A stretch of DNA of 63,998 nucleotides, counting the filler, from Candidatus Babelota bacterium (GTDB lineage: Bacteria; JAGOBX01): NCBI GenBank assembly GCA_017999075.1. It is 9 parts of 9 records of this genome, joined end to end, with 100 filler letters (N's around TTAATTAATTAA, not from the genome) between each part and the next. Parts side by side here need not be neighbours in the genome. Positions count along the whole stretch, not along the records: positions 50,194 to 55,110 come from JAGOBX010000308.1; positions 55,211 to 60,110 come from JAGOBX010000309.1; positions 60,211 to 63,998 come from JAGOBX010000406.1; 6 more parts are not named here. One strand, 5' to 3'. Below, in pieces: positions 51,664 through 61,553 of the stretch (position 1 is the first letter of the stretch; every line of letters starts with the position of its first letter). Under the pieces are notes generated by a model. It did not search any database. It had not been told where the DNA came from and worked only from the letters and a program-made list of their open reading frames with translations. The position numbers were made by a program, and so were the translations under genes.

Positions 51664-52290
51664 ATGAATACTATTAAATCAGAAATTGTAAAATATGGCA
51701 GAATTGCATTTGAACATAATTTAGTGTTCGGAGCAAGCGGAAATATCAGTATAAAATCAAAAAATAAAATTTTTATCACGAAAAGCGGCAGTTATCTCGG
51801 TTATTTGACTGAAAAAGATATTCTATGTTTTGATTTTAATCGAAACAAACCTGAATGCGCTTCAATGGAAACTCAGATGCATTTAAATTGTTATGCTGCA
51901 AACCCTGAAATTTCAGCGGTTTTTCACAGTCAACCATTATATGCTACAATAATTGCCTCAAGCAATCTAAAAATAAATTTGAATTATATACCTGAATCCA
52001 TGTATTATATAAACAAGATAGGTTATATTCCTTATGCTCATGCAGGTTCTTTAAAACTTGCCGAGCTTACCGGAAATAAAGCCAAAGACTGCGATATTAT
52101 ATTATTAAAAAACCATGGATTAACTGTAACAGCAAAAAACCTTAATGAAGCGCTTTTAAAAACTATTTCATTCGAATTTTTAGCCGCATCAACAGTCTCA
52201 GTCAATCAGAAAAAAATAAAACTTATTTTTCTTTCTGAACAAACAAGAAATGATTTTAAGAATCAAATCTATAAAAATAAGAAAAAATAA
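51664..52290 (+). CDS. Class II aldolase/adducin family protein
   Basis: SGNIS, ITKSG, SMETQMH, VFHSQP, LLKNHG. Confidence 0.88.
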   Translation: MNTIKSEIVKYGRIAFEHNLVFGASGNISIKSKNKIFITKSGSYLGYLTEKDILCFDFNRNKPECASMETQMHLNCYAANPEISAVFHSQPLYATIIASSNLKINLNYIPESMYYINKIGYIPYAHAGSLKLAELTGNKAKDCDIILLKNHGLTVTAKNLNEALLKTISFEFLAASTVSVNQKKIKLIFLSEQTRNDFKNQIYKNKKK

Positions 52291-52303
52291 TGAGATTGAA
52301 CTG

Positions 52304-52936
52304 ATGAAAAAAAATCACGATCTAATAACAAATATAATAATTGATATATTAAAAAATTTATATGAACCTGTCTGCGCATTAGAATACAATTCGGAATTCG
52401 AACTTCTGGCAGCTACAATTCTATCAGCTCAATGCACTGATGAAAGAGTAAATTCCGTTACAAAAACATTATTCAAAAAATACAGAAAACTTGATGATTA
52501 TGTTAATGCTGATATTATCGAATTTGAACAGGACATTAAACCCACAGGATTCTATAAAAATAAAGCTAAATCTATACTTAATTCCGCAAAAATTATTAAA
52601 GAAAAATATAACGGCAAAATTCCAGATGATATCAATGAACTCATAAAACTGCCTGGAGTCGGCAGAAAAACAGCAAATGTGGTTTTAGGATCTGCATTCG
52701 GAATAACCTCTGGAATTGTGGTTGACACTCATGTAAAACGTCTTTCTAACAGAATAGGATTATCAAAAAATTCCGATCCTGAAAAAATCGAAAACGATTT
52801 AATAAAAATTACTGAAAAAAAAAACTGGATAATTTTATCACACTTGTTGATTCATCACGGCAGAAAAATATGTTCCGCAAGAAAACCATTATGCCGTGAC
52901 TGTAAAATACAAAAATATTGTAAAAAAAATATATGA
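52304..52936 (+). CDS. nth: Endonuclease III
   Basis: LSAQCTDERVN, LPGVGRKTANVV, VDTHV, HGR.IC..RKP.C..C. Confidence 0.95.
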   Translation: MKKNHDLITNIIIDILKNLYEPVCALEYNSEFELLAATILSAQCTDERVNSVTKTLFKKYRKLDDYVNADIIEFEQDIKPTGFYKNKAKSILNSAKIIKEKYNGKIPDDINELIKLPGVGRKTANVVLGSAFGITSGIVVDTHVKRLSNRIGLSKNSDPEKIENDLIKITEKKNWIILSHLLIHHGRKICSARKPLCRDCKIQKYCKKNI

Positions 52937-54966
52937 TTGAATTATTAGCTCCAGCAGGAAATTTCGATACTGTCAAACCTATCATAGATTCAGGCGTTAA
53001 TGCAATTTACCTTGGGCTTCGTGATTTTAACGCAAGACTTCGCGCAAAAAATTTCAGCATATCAGAACTCGAATCAGTTATCGAATACTGCAAAAAAAAA
53101 AATGTAAAGGTTTACGTTGCTTTTAATATTTTAATCAAAGAAAATGAATTAAAAAAAACTATAGAATATTTAGCTTTTTTGAATCATATTAAAGTAGATG
53201 CTGTTATAATTCAGGATTTGGGAATATTGAATATCATTAACAGATACTTTAAAAATTTAACTGTTCACGCAAGCACTCAAATGTTTCTTTTCGATCAATT
53301 TTCTCTCCAATTTGCTTATGATAATAATATTAAACGCGTAATATTGCCGCGTGAACTATCTTATACAGAAATAAAATTTCTTAATGATTCATCGAAGATA
53401 GAACTTGAAATTTTTATTCATGGTTCAATGTGCTATTCAATTTCAGGTAACTGTTATTTCAGTAATTATATCGGAAAATTAAGCGGAAACAGAGGAATGT
53501 GCAGGCAGCCTTGCAGAAAAAATTTCATCAATCAGCCTTTCAAAAATATATCCAAAATTCCAAATTCTGATTTTATTCAAAAAAATAATATTGAACTATT
53601 TCCTTATTTTTCGCTGAATGACTTAAATCTCCTTGAACAAATTCCAGAACTTCTTAAACTTGATAAGTTAAAATCATTTAAAATCGAAGGTAGGCTGAAA
53701 AATACCGAATATTTATTAACTATAATTAACGCTTATAAAAATGTGATTGATTCATATTATAACAATACCTCTCAAATATTCGAATCAATCAGACATGCTA
53801 AAGAATCTTTAAAAAATATTCAGGCAAGAGATTGCAGTCCCGGATACTATTATTATCCTGATATTAAAAATATATTCAGTTCAGGCAGTCCTGATTTATA
53901 TAAACAGGCTGGACAAATAAAATTTGTTAAAGGAAACTGTATTTATTTTAAATCTGAAACCGGTTTCAAAATTACAGATTTGTTCAAAATTCAGAAATTC
54001 GGTTCTGAAAAGCGTCAGTCTCTAAAACTGATAAATTTAACTGATGATTCGGAACAAACTATCAACGAAGTAATACCTGGACAGTCTGTTATTTTTAAGG
54101 CAAGTATTAAAGCAGGAAAAAGTGATTTGATTTTTGTACTTAATTCTGAAGCAGGAGACTATCAAAAAATAAAAATTAAAAACAATGATTTAACAAAAAA
54201 TAATTATGAAATCCTGAAGAGTATAAATGCAATTCAAAAAAAAATTACAAACGACCTTGATTTAGCGCTCAAAAAAAAAACAAGAAATGTTCAAGAAAAA
54301 TTTGAATATATATACCAGAAAAACTTTTTTTCTAATTCAAATACTCATAAAAAACCTTTTGAAAAAAACTTTATAATAGAACTTTATTCTGTTAACGATG
54401 ATTTTGATTCGCATATAATTGATTTAAAAATAAAAAATCATAACTTAATTATATCTATTCCATTTATAATTGAAGATGCTGAATCTCTAAAAAACAGAAT
54501 TAAATTTTTTATAAATTCCGGGATCAATTATTTTATGTTGTCTCATATTTCTCAGATCACCTGGTTTAAAAATTATTCTCAAGAAAAATTATTTTTATAT
54601 GCGGGATTAAGAATTCCTGTTTTAAATTCTATGAGCGCTTATTTTCTTCGCGAACTCGGATTTAAAGGATTTACATATTCAATTGAAGACGATTTGGAAA
54701 ATTATTCGATAATAAAATCACCTTTAAAAAAATTCGTTTTTATAAAATATTATCCGCCTTTATTTACATCAAGAGCCGAAAACAAAACTTTTGAAAATAA
54801 TATTTTATTTGATGATGAAGGAAAAAAATACATATCTTTTAAAAAAAATAATCTTATCACTGTAATACCGGAAAATCCTGTTATGATAGATTATGAAAAA
54901 CAGTTTTACAAAGATAATAATATAATTTTGATTAAAGAAAATTTTCCCTTAGAAAGATATGATTAA
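52933..54966 (+). CDS. Peptidase U32 family protein (RlhA/TrhP-like hydroxylation factor)
   Basis: ELLAPAG, HASTQ, PREL, FIHGSMC...GNRGMCRQPCR, KIEGR. Confidence 0.9.
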   Translation: MIELLAPAGNFDTVKPIIDSGVNAIYLGLRDFNARLRAKNFSISELESVIEYCKKKNVKVYVAFNILIKENELKKTIEYLAFLNHIKVDAVIIQDLGILNIINRYFKNLTVHASTQMFLFDQFSLQFAYDNNIKRVILPRELSYTEIKFLNDSSKIELEIFIHGSMCYSISGNCYFSNYIGKLSGNRGMCRQPCRKNFINQPFKNISKIPNSDFIQKNNIELFPYFSLNDLNLLEQIPELLKLDKLKSFKIEGRLKNTEYLLTIINAYKNVIDSYYNNTSQIFESIRHAKESLKNIQARDCSPGYYYYPDIKNIFSSGSPDLYKQAGQIKFVKGNCIYFKSETGFKITDLFKIQKFGSEKRQSLKLINLTDDSEQTINEVIPGQSVIFKASIKAGKSDLIFVLNSEAGDYQKIKIKNNDLTKNNYEILKSINAIQKKITNDLDLALKKKTRNVQEKFEYIYQKNFFSNSNTHKKPFEKNFIIELYSVNDDFDSHIIDLKIKNHNLIISIPFIIEDAESLKNRIKFFINSGINYFMLSHISQITWFKNYSQEKLFLYAGLRIPVLNSMSAYFLRELGFKGFTYSIEDDLENYSIIKSPLKKFVFIKYYPPLFTSRAENKTFENNILFDDEGKKYISFKKNNLITVIPENPVMIDYEKQFYKDNNIILIKENFPLERYD

Positions 54967-55210
54967 AACAATATTTTCAGCAATTATTAAAAAACCCGAC
55001 ATATTTTTTCAATTTATATTTCACAAAATTTTTTTTCAAAGAAAACGGAAGGGTGAAAAAAATTTTTAAAAAAGGGGGTTTTATTTTGGGATTTGATATC
55101 AAGTCATATCNNNNNNNNNNNNNNNNNNNNNNNNNNNNNNNNNNNNNNNNNNNNTTAATTAATTAANNNNNNNNNNNNNNNNNNNNNNNNNNNNNNNNNN
55201 NNNNNNNNNN

Positions 55211-55261
55211 AGTATATGGGTTAATTTTTTTAGTTAATTCACTCCAGTATTTATTATTCAC
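55211..55261 (-). CDS. N-terminal fragment, probably histidinol-phosphate aminotransferase
   Basis: GGAGG RBS, GTG start, MNNKYWSELTKKINPYT; cut by the contig end. Confidence 0.45.
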
Positions 55262-55374
55262 ATTAAATCCTCCGCTGCTATTTAAAATAAATCGATCATT
55301 AAATTTTATCTATGAGATTTAACACTAAGCCGCTTTCAAAATTATAAAAATGGTTTTCAAAATCAGCGAATTAG

Positions 55375-55420
55375 TATTAACCCAAACTGCATATTCCAGT
55401 AATTTTGACGCCGGTTTGGT
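55375..55420. repeat. 46-bp hairpin repeat, copy B
   Basis: 41/46 identical to 45210-45255. Confidence 0.8.
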
Positions 55421-55425
55421 GTTAT

Positions 55426-56508
55426 TTACTCATAATTCAAAAAAAGTTTTCCCCATTGAGTTTTATACCATTCATTTATAATTTTACGCGCTTTTATAGG
55501 ATACCACAATTTATCATGATAAAAAGCAGATGCCCATATAAATAAATTAACTATAGGAGTATGAAACATCAGATGCTGAAGCCATTTCAAAGGACCAAAC
55601 CAAAAAATATCCCCGACTTTACTTGCGGCATTGTCTCCAACAGAAAAATTCCAATTTTCTGTTGTAATATCATCTCCTTCTATTTCTATTTCGCTCATTA
55701 TTCCTGTTCCAAGTCCTTCTTCTGTTGCAGTTCGAATATATTTTAAAGACATAGGATCAAAACCCATAAGTTTAGCGGCTACAGCGTCAATAGCCACACA
55801 ATCAGAACTTGCAAGAATTATATCTTTGCAGACAGGTATCATTGTGCGCGGGCCAGGCCCGTTACCGCAAGTTGTTCCATCCATAACAGTAAATATTCCG
55901 GTATGTATTTCTTTCTGTATACGCAACAAATCAACTAAAGTCTCATGTATTCTGGAATGGCAATAATGCCTTTGAGTGCTTAACAACCCTCCAAATGCAT
56001 TTTTCATTGATCCAGTAGTTTCAGTATAAATATGACATTTAACTGTAGGCTGATGCAAAACATTTTTTCCTATAAAATAATCCGGTATTTCTATACCTTC
56101 CGGAAATATCTTATCCAATACTATCATTTTGCCTTTGGGTTTATACACAATCCATTTCATATCTTCAGGAATAAAATTAAATTTTACCGGCACTTCGTAT
56201 TTTTTGTATAATGCAGTATATTTGTTGAGTTTCTCGCCTTTGTATGCATCGCTTACAACAGTTTTATTCTGAACGCAAACAATATCCTTATATCCTGAGT
56301 TTCTTAAGCCTAATATTGTTCCTTCCATCTGCCATGGAGTAGTGTTTGCCCCAGGAAACATCAAATGCCATGAAATATTATTTTTAATTATTGTAGTTTT
56401 TGTTTTATCGAGATTATTTTCAAACTCTGCAAGTTTCATAATTTTTTGATAATCAGAAACGACTGTTTCCGGTTTGGTTCTTAAAATTGCAACTTTAGAT
56501 TTTTTCAT
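55426..56508 (-). CDS. DUF362-domain protein
   Basis: IKNNISW, PTVKCH...TGSMKNAFGG, MDGT..G.GP, DCVAIDA. Confidence 0.85.
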   Translation of the reverse strand: MKKSKVAILRTKPETVVSDYQKIMKLAEFENNLDKTKTTIIKNNISWHLMFPGANTTPWQMEGTILGLRNSGYKDIVCVQNKTVVSDAYKGEKLNKYTALYKKYEVPVKFNFIPEDMKWIVYKPKGKMIVLDKIFPEGIEIPDYFIGKNVLHQPTVKCHIYTETTGSMKNAFGGLLSTQRHYCHSRIHETLVDLLRIQKEIHTGIFTVMDGTTCGNGPGPRTMIPVCKDIILASSDCVAIDAVAAKLMGFDPMSLKYIRTATEEGLGTGIMSEIEIEGDDITTENWNFSVGDNAASKVGDIFWFGPLKWLQHLMFHTPIVNLFIWASAFYHDKLWYPIKARKIINEWYKTQWGKLFLNYE

Positions 56509-56600
56509 AATTATAAAGCTCCGAAAAATAATTTACATTTATTTTTTAATAAATCATATTATAATTTAAAAAAATTAAAATGTAAATTGAAATATACTTT

Positions 56601-56927
56601 ATGAAAACTGCTCTTGAAGTTAAATATAATTGTGAAAATAATATTTTATGTTATCATGTTACAGGAGAAATTGATTCATCAAATTATGAAATATTTAAAA
56701 ATACAGTATTCTCAGGATTTTCGGAATATTCTAATATAAAAGAAGTTATATTCGACCTTAAATACTGTTCTTCAATCAGCAGTAATGGTTTTGGTATATT
56801 TTATGAATTTTTAGACACAATTGAAAAACGCGGGTTTAAACTAAAAATAAGTTTAATAAATACAAACCCTTTAATTTTCAAAATTATAAAATTATTAAAA
56901 ATGTACAATGAATTTAATGTCACTTAA
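56601..56927 (+). CDS. STAS anti-sigma-factor antagonist
   Basis: GEIDS; FDLKYCSSISSNGFG. Confidence 0.8.
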   Translation: MKTALEVKYNCENNILCYHVTGEIDSSNYEIFKNTVFSGFSEYSNIKEVIFDLKYCSSISSNGFGIFYEFLDTIEKRGFKLKISLINTNPLIFKIIKLLKMYNEFNVT

Positions 56928-57330
56928 CAACGTATTAGAAATATCAGTTTATCCGAACAATAAATACTCCGTCATTTCAAAAACATTTATAAAAGATTAT
57001 CTAAAATCATATGCCTCCGGTATTTCAGAAGAAATTTCAAACAACATAATATTCTGTTCAGAAGAATTATTAACTAATATTATTGAACATAATAAATCTA
57101 TAAAAACATATGAATTAATAAAAATAAAAGTAATGGTTATAAAAAACATTGTTTCATTGATATTTGAAGCTCCTGACAATAATCCTGTTGAATATTCAGG
57201 ATTCGAATCAGAAAATTTTAAACGCAATTTTAAAGGCGCAGGATTTTATCTCATATCAAAAATCAGTTCTAACTTCACATTTTATCATAAAAACGGTACA
57301 AACAGTTTCAATATTGATTTTAATTTTTAA
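56908..57330 (+). CDS. Anti-sigma factor kinase-like protein (HATPase_c_2)
   Basis: EELLTNIIEH N-box; GAGFYLI G-box. Confidence 0.75.
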   Translation: MNLMSLNNVLEISVYPNNKYSVISKTFIKDYLKSYASGISEEISNNIIFCSEELLTNIIEHNKSIKTYELIKIKVMVIKNIVSLIFEAPDNNPVEYSGFESENFKRNFKGAGFYLISKISSNFTFYHKNGTNSFNIDFNF

Positions 57331-57347
57331 CAGTATAATATTATATT

Positions 57348-58670
57348 ATGGATTTAAAAAATTTTAAAACATATATTTCAAGGTTAATTGAGCAGCTGAC
57401 CACTCTGGAAAAAAACGGAGGTCACCTAAATATAAAAATTGAAAAATTCAATTTTTACCAAACTGATTTTTATGATTCGGATATTTCCGATAAAAAAGAA
57501 TTATCAGAACTATTTTCAAAATTAATTTTAAAAATCAATTCAATTATAACGAAATGCGGGACTTTGAAATCAGATATAGTTCAATATGAAAAATCAAATG
57601 CTGTGGGTTTACTTGCCGGAGGGATAGCTCATGAATTCAATAATATTCTTTCAGGAATATCAGGATACCTGGAACCAATCGACTCAGGCAACAATAAATT
57701 ATACATCAAAAAAATAGAATTATTGATTTCGCGTGCAGAATTTATAGTTGAAAAACTGCTGAACCTTTCAAAAAATTCCGGCACTGCCGAAATAAGAAAT
57801 TTTTTTCCTGAAAATGAAATTTCTTCAGTTATAGATTTAATGAACTACAAATTTAAGGAAGCAAATATAACAATAGAGACTGAATTTATCAACAAATCAA
57901 AAATTTTTTTTAATATCTCGGATTTTTATTCGATTATTTCAAATTTGATAATTAATTCTATTGACGCATTAAAAAATTCTATAAACGGAAAAATTATTAT
58001 AAAAACTTACAGCGATCCTTTATGGTATCATATAACAGTATGGGATTCAGGAGAAGGCATAAAACCGCAAGTTTTAAAAAATATCTTCAATCCGTTTTAC
58101 ACGACAAAATCAAATGGTTCTGGTCTTGGATTGTCTGTAATTCACAAAATTATTATCGAATCAGGAGGAGAAATTTCAGTCAATTCACAAACAAACAAAT
58201 TCACAGAATTTAAAATAAAAATCCCGATTAACTTTAAACAAACAAAAAGTTCTGATTTTACAGAAAAATCAAATTCAAATTTAATAACTCATAATTTGAA
58301 TTTTTCAAAAACAGTTTTATTTATTGATTCAGGAAGATATGAAAATTTTATAATAAAAGACTTTTTAATAAAAAATAATATTACAGTTATATCCGAACCG
58401 GAATTATTTTCCAGCAGCAATATTATAATAATTGATTCGGCGGACATTGATTGTATAAAAAAAAAGCTGGATTTTCCAGTTTATGAAAACAAAATTATAA
58501 TTATTCTGATGGATGGCCGGTTTCCTGATAAAAAAATTGCCGGCTTTTTAAACAAATTCAATTTTTTAGTAAAACCATTAAGTATTGACGAACTCAATGC
58601 TCTTATGGAATTAATCATCAATTCAAAACCGGACGGTTTTCCGATTTATGAAACAAAAAATAATTTCTAA
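57348..58670 (+). CDS. Cytoplasmic hybrid histidine kinase with a degenerate receiver
   Basis: AGGIAHEFNN, NLIINSIDA, DSGEGI, FNPFYTTK, GSGLGL; FLVKP. Confidence 0.85.
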   Translation: MDLKNFKTYISRLIEQLTTLEKNGGHLNIKIEKFNFYQTDFYDSDISDKKELSELFSKLILKINSIITKCGTLKSDIVQYEKSNAVGLLAGGIAHEFNNILSGISGYLEPIDSGNNKLYIKKIELLISRAEFIVEKLLNLSKNSGTAEIRNFFPENEISSVIDLMNYKFKEANITIETEFINKSKIFFNISDFYSIISNLIINSIDALKNSINGKIIIKTYSDPLWYHITVWDSGEGIKPQVLKNIFNPFYTTKSNGSGLGLSVIHKIIIESGGEISVNSQTNKFTEFKIKIPINFKQTKSSDFTEKSNSNLITHNLNFSKTVLFIDSGRYENFIIKDFLIKNNITVISEPELFSSSNIIIIDSADIDCIKKKLDFPVYENKIIIILMDGRFPDKKIAGFLNKFNFLVKPLSIDELNALMELIINSKPDGFPIYETKNNF

Positions 58671-60110
58671 AATACTAATCTCGATAAAATCAAAGTTTGT
58701 CCTGATTTTTTTATTATTATCGATTCTTCCTTTATTGTTTTCATTTTTTTTTGCAGTTAATGTTTTAATTGAAATAGTGCAGCTTACACTATCCAGAAAT
58801 CTTTCAAAAATAAGCGCCGCATATTTAAACGATTTGACAAATAATCCTAAAGCAAAATTAATTACTGAAACATTAAATGCCGATGATGAACTTAAAATAA
58901 AACTATTTTTAAATATGAATTACCAGGTTGCCGGAAAAATAAAGCTTTTGTTTGAAGAAAATAATTTAACTGCTATTGCAATAATAAATAACACAAAAAA
59001 AATCAAATCTTATTTTCATAAACAAAATCAGTATATGAATGAAATAGATGAAAAACTTCTTGAACAGGGATTATCAGGGAAAAAAGTATCAGGCATTTCA
59101 AAAATCAATAATTTTTATTATTCATATTATATTTCTCCTATAATTGACAAAGAATCCAATCATATTCTCGGTTCAATATTAATTGCTTTTAACCTTGATA
59201 ATGATTTTCTTGAAAATATACTTGTTGATAAAAATTCATTTTTATGTTTATATGATTTCAATAAAAAATCTATAATAGCTTCAACAAAAAAAACCCCTGA
59301 AATAAAATTTAACGAAGAAATTTCAGATTATACTAATGAAAATACAATTGTTTCAAATTTTTTTGTAAATTATAATCTACAAAAAAATGATGGATTACTA
59401 ATAATTACAGGAATTGACAGATCTGAAAGTAAATATGTAATATGGCTTACTATCAGAAGATTTATTGTAATAGGTTTTGTTCTTATATTGGGAAGCATTA
59501 TGCTGGGAGTCTTTACCGCCAACAAAATAATTGCACCTGTAAGAGCTTTGACTGATACTATAAAAGACAGCATAAAAAAAAATGAACTTGAACCGGTTAA
59601 ACTTAATTATTCCGGAAAAGACGAAGTTTATGAACTTGCTGTTTTGTTCAATGAGATGGTTGTAAAATTAAATGAAGCTCAAGAGAATTTGATAAGAACC
59701 AATAAACTCGCTTCCATAGGACAATTGTCAGCCGGCATTTCTCATGAAATTAATAATCCGTTGGTAACAATACTCGGATACACTCAACTAATTCTTGAAA
59801 AAATTGATAAAGAAAAAGAACCTAAACTTTTTAAATATTTAAAAATAATCGAAGACGATACCAAACGATGTAAAAATACTATAAGCAATCTTCTAAACTT
59901 TGCGAGACCCGCAGAAAATATTGTGGAACCTGTAAACATAAACTCTGTTATAGCCAATACTGTTTCTTTGTTTGAAATGGAATGTAAAAAAAACAATATA
60001 TCTCTCACATTTACCGATACTGCATCAAACCCTGTTATTTATGCTAATACAGACCAAATAAAACAGGTTTTTGTTAATCTTATGTTTAATGCTATTTATT
60101 CACTAAAACA
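58648..60110 (+). CDS. Membrane HAMP sensor histidine kinase, 3'-partial
   Basis: Two TM segments, HAMP (KDEVYELA..FNEM), SHEINNPL, QVFVNL..NA. Confidence 0.9.
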
Positions 60111-60393
60111 NNNNNNNNNNNNNNNNNNNNNNNNNNNNNNNNNNNNNNNNNNNNTTAATTAATTAANNNNNNNNNNNNNNNNNNNNNNNNNNNNNNNNNN
60201 NNNNNNNNNNTCGTTAAAAATTAGCGATTGCGAAATATTTTTTTATCCGGCTGTTTTAAAGAAATGGTCTAAATCAATGTTTTATGATGCTTATACCTCC
60301 ATTTTCTTTGCGAAATTTTTTTTAGTTCTCGATGTTAAATTTTTTTGCGCATATTTTCAGTTCGATAATTTTAATAATAATCCGTTTTGGGGG

Positions 60394-61422
60394 TTAAATG
60401 CAGGGATGGTATATTTTTTTGATTATTTTCATTGTATCAATAGCTGTTTTTAAAGATGATGTTATTTTATGTTTTTTTTGTGACAGCGCCGATGATATTT
60501 CATCCAGAGCTTTTATAAAATGCGGTTTGCGCTCGTAATCAGGAAAAAATGTTTCTTTAAGTTCTGTAAATCCGGAATACCTTTGGCTTTTATCAGTTAT
60601 GAAAAATCTTGAAACTGCATTCCCTATTATAATTCTTCCTGATTCGAATTGAAGATCAATTTCAAAATTGAAATATTTTCTTCTGCCTCCGATTTCTAAG
60701 AATGCGTTTATATTATTTTTAAATTCAAAGTTTATGAAAGCTGTATGTTCATAAATATGCCGTTTGTCAAATTTATAAATTTTAGCTTTTGTTGTCTTGG
60801 GAAATCCGCAAAAATACAAAATTATATCTATAAGATGCACGCCATCGTGAAGAAGAGGGCCGCCGCGCTTTAAAATATGTTTGTGCCAGTTTGCTTGTAA
60901 AAATCCTCCCGCAAGTACATTGCCGTTTATACATCTTAAATTGCCTAATTGTTCTGATTGGATAATTTCTTTGACTTTGTTGTATCTTCCCTCCCATCTC
61001 CGTTCATAATTTACAGCGACTGTTTTTTTGTTTTTATCGGCGAGTTTCAACATATATTCTGCATCTTTTAAATTTAATGCCGGAGGTTTTTCTAAAAAAA
61101 CAGCTTTGATATTTTTTTGTTCCATGCAGCTGCAGAAAATTTCTTTATGAGTATTTGTCCATGAGCATATGCTGACAACATCAATATTTTCATCCTTAAT
61201 CATTTTCCGGTAATCTGAATATATATGAGATTTGCCTATTTTATAATAATCTGAAAATTTTTGTAAATTTTCAGGATTAATATCTGCACCTGCAACAAGT
61301 TTAAAATCAGGGTGTTCATTATATGCTGCGGAATGAGTGCAGATTTTAGTGCGCAGATTGTCGAGTTCAAGCGAAAAACCTATTCTGCCTGTCCCTATAA
61401 CAGCGGCATTAAAAACGGTCAT
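60394..61422 (-). CDS. Gfo/Idh/MocA oxidoreductase
   Basis: VIGTGRIG, FLEKP, VNYERR, LLHDGVHLID. Confidence 0.9.
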   Translation of the reverse strand: MTVFNAAVIGTGRIGFSLELDNLRTKICTHSAAYNEHPDFKLVAGADINPENLQKFSDYYKIGKSHIYSDYRKMIKDENIDVVSICSWTNTHKEIFCSCMEQKNIKAVFLEKPPALNLKDAEYMLKLADKNKKTVAVNYERRWEGRYNKVKEIIQSEQLGNLRCINGNVLAGGFLQANWHKHILKRGGPLLHDGVHLIDIILYFCGFPKTTKAKIYKFDKRHIYEHTAFINFEFKNNINAFLEIGGRRKYFNFEIDLQFESGRIIIGNAVSRFFITDKSQRYSGFTELKETFFPDYERKPHFIKALDEISSALSQKKHKITSSLKTAIDTMKIIKKIYHPCI

Positions 61423-61553
61423 AATTTTTTTTAAAATTAATATGGGAATTCTGAATTTGTTTTTGATTACAACTCTTAAACTCTGAAAATAATGCTTGTT
61501 TATCGGATAATCAAAGGATAATTCAGTAAATTAAAGTTATTTAATTATAAGAA

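Noticed and set aside
24674-60210. Regularly spaced TTAATTAATTAA motif within N runs
   Set aside because: Artificial six-frame-stop linker between contigs; neither a repeat array nor CRISPR, and it invalidates cross-contig synteny
60211-60393. Intergenic DNA with short TGCGAAAT repeats
   Set aside because: Too short and AT-rich to separate from chance; no second copy seen in the window
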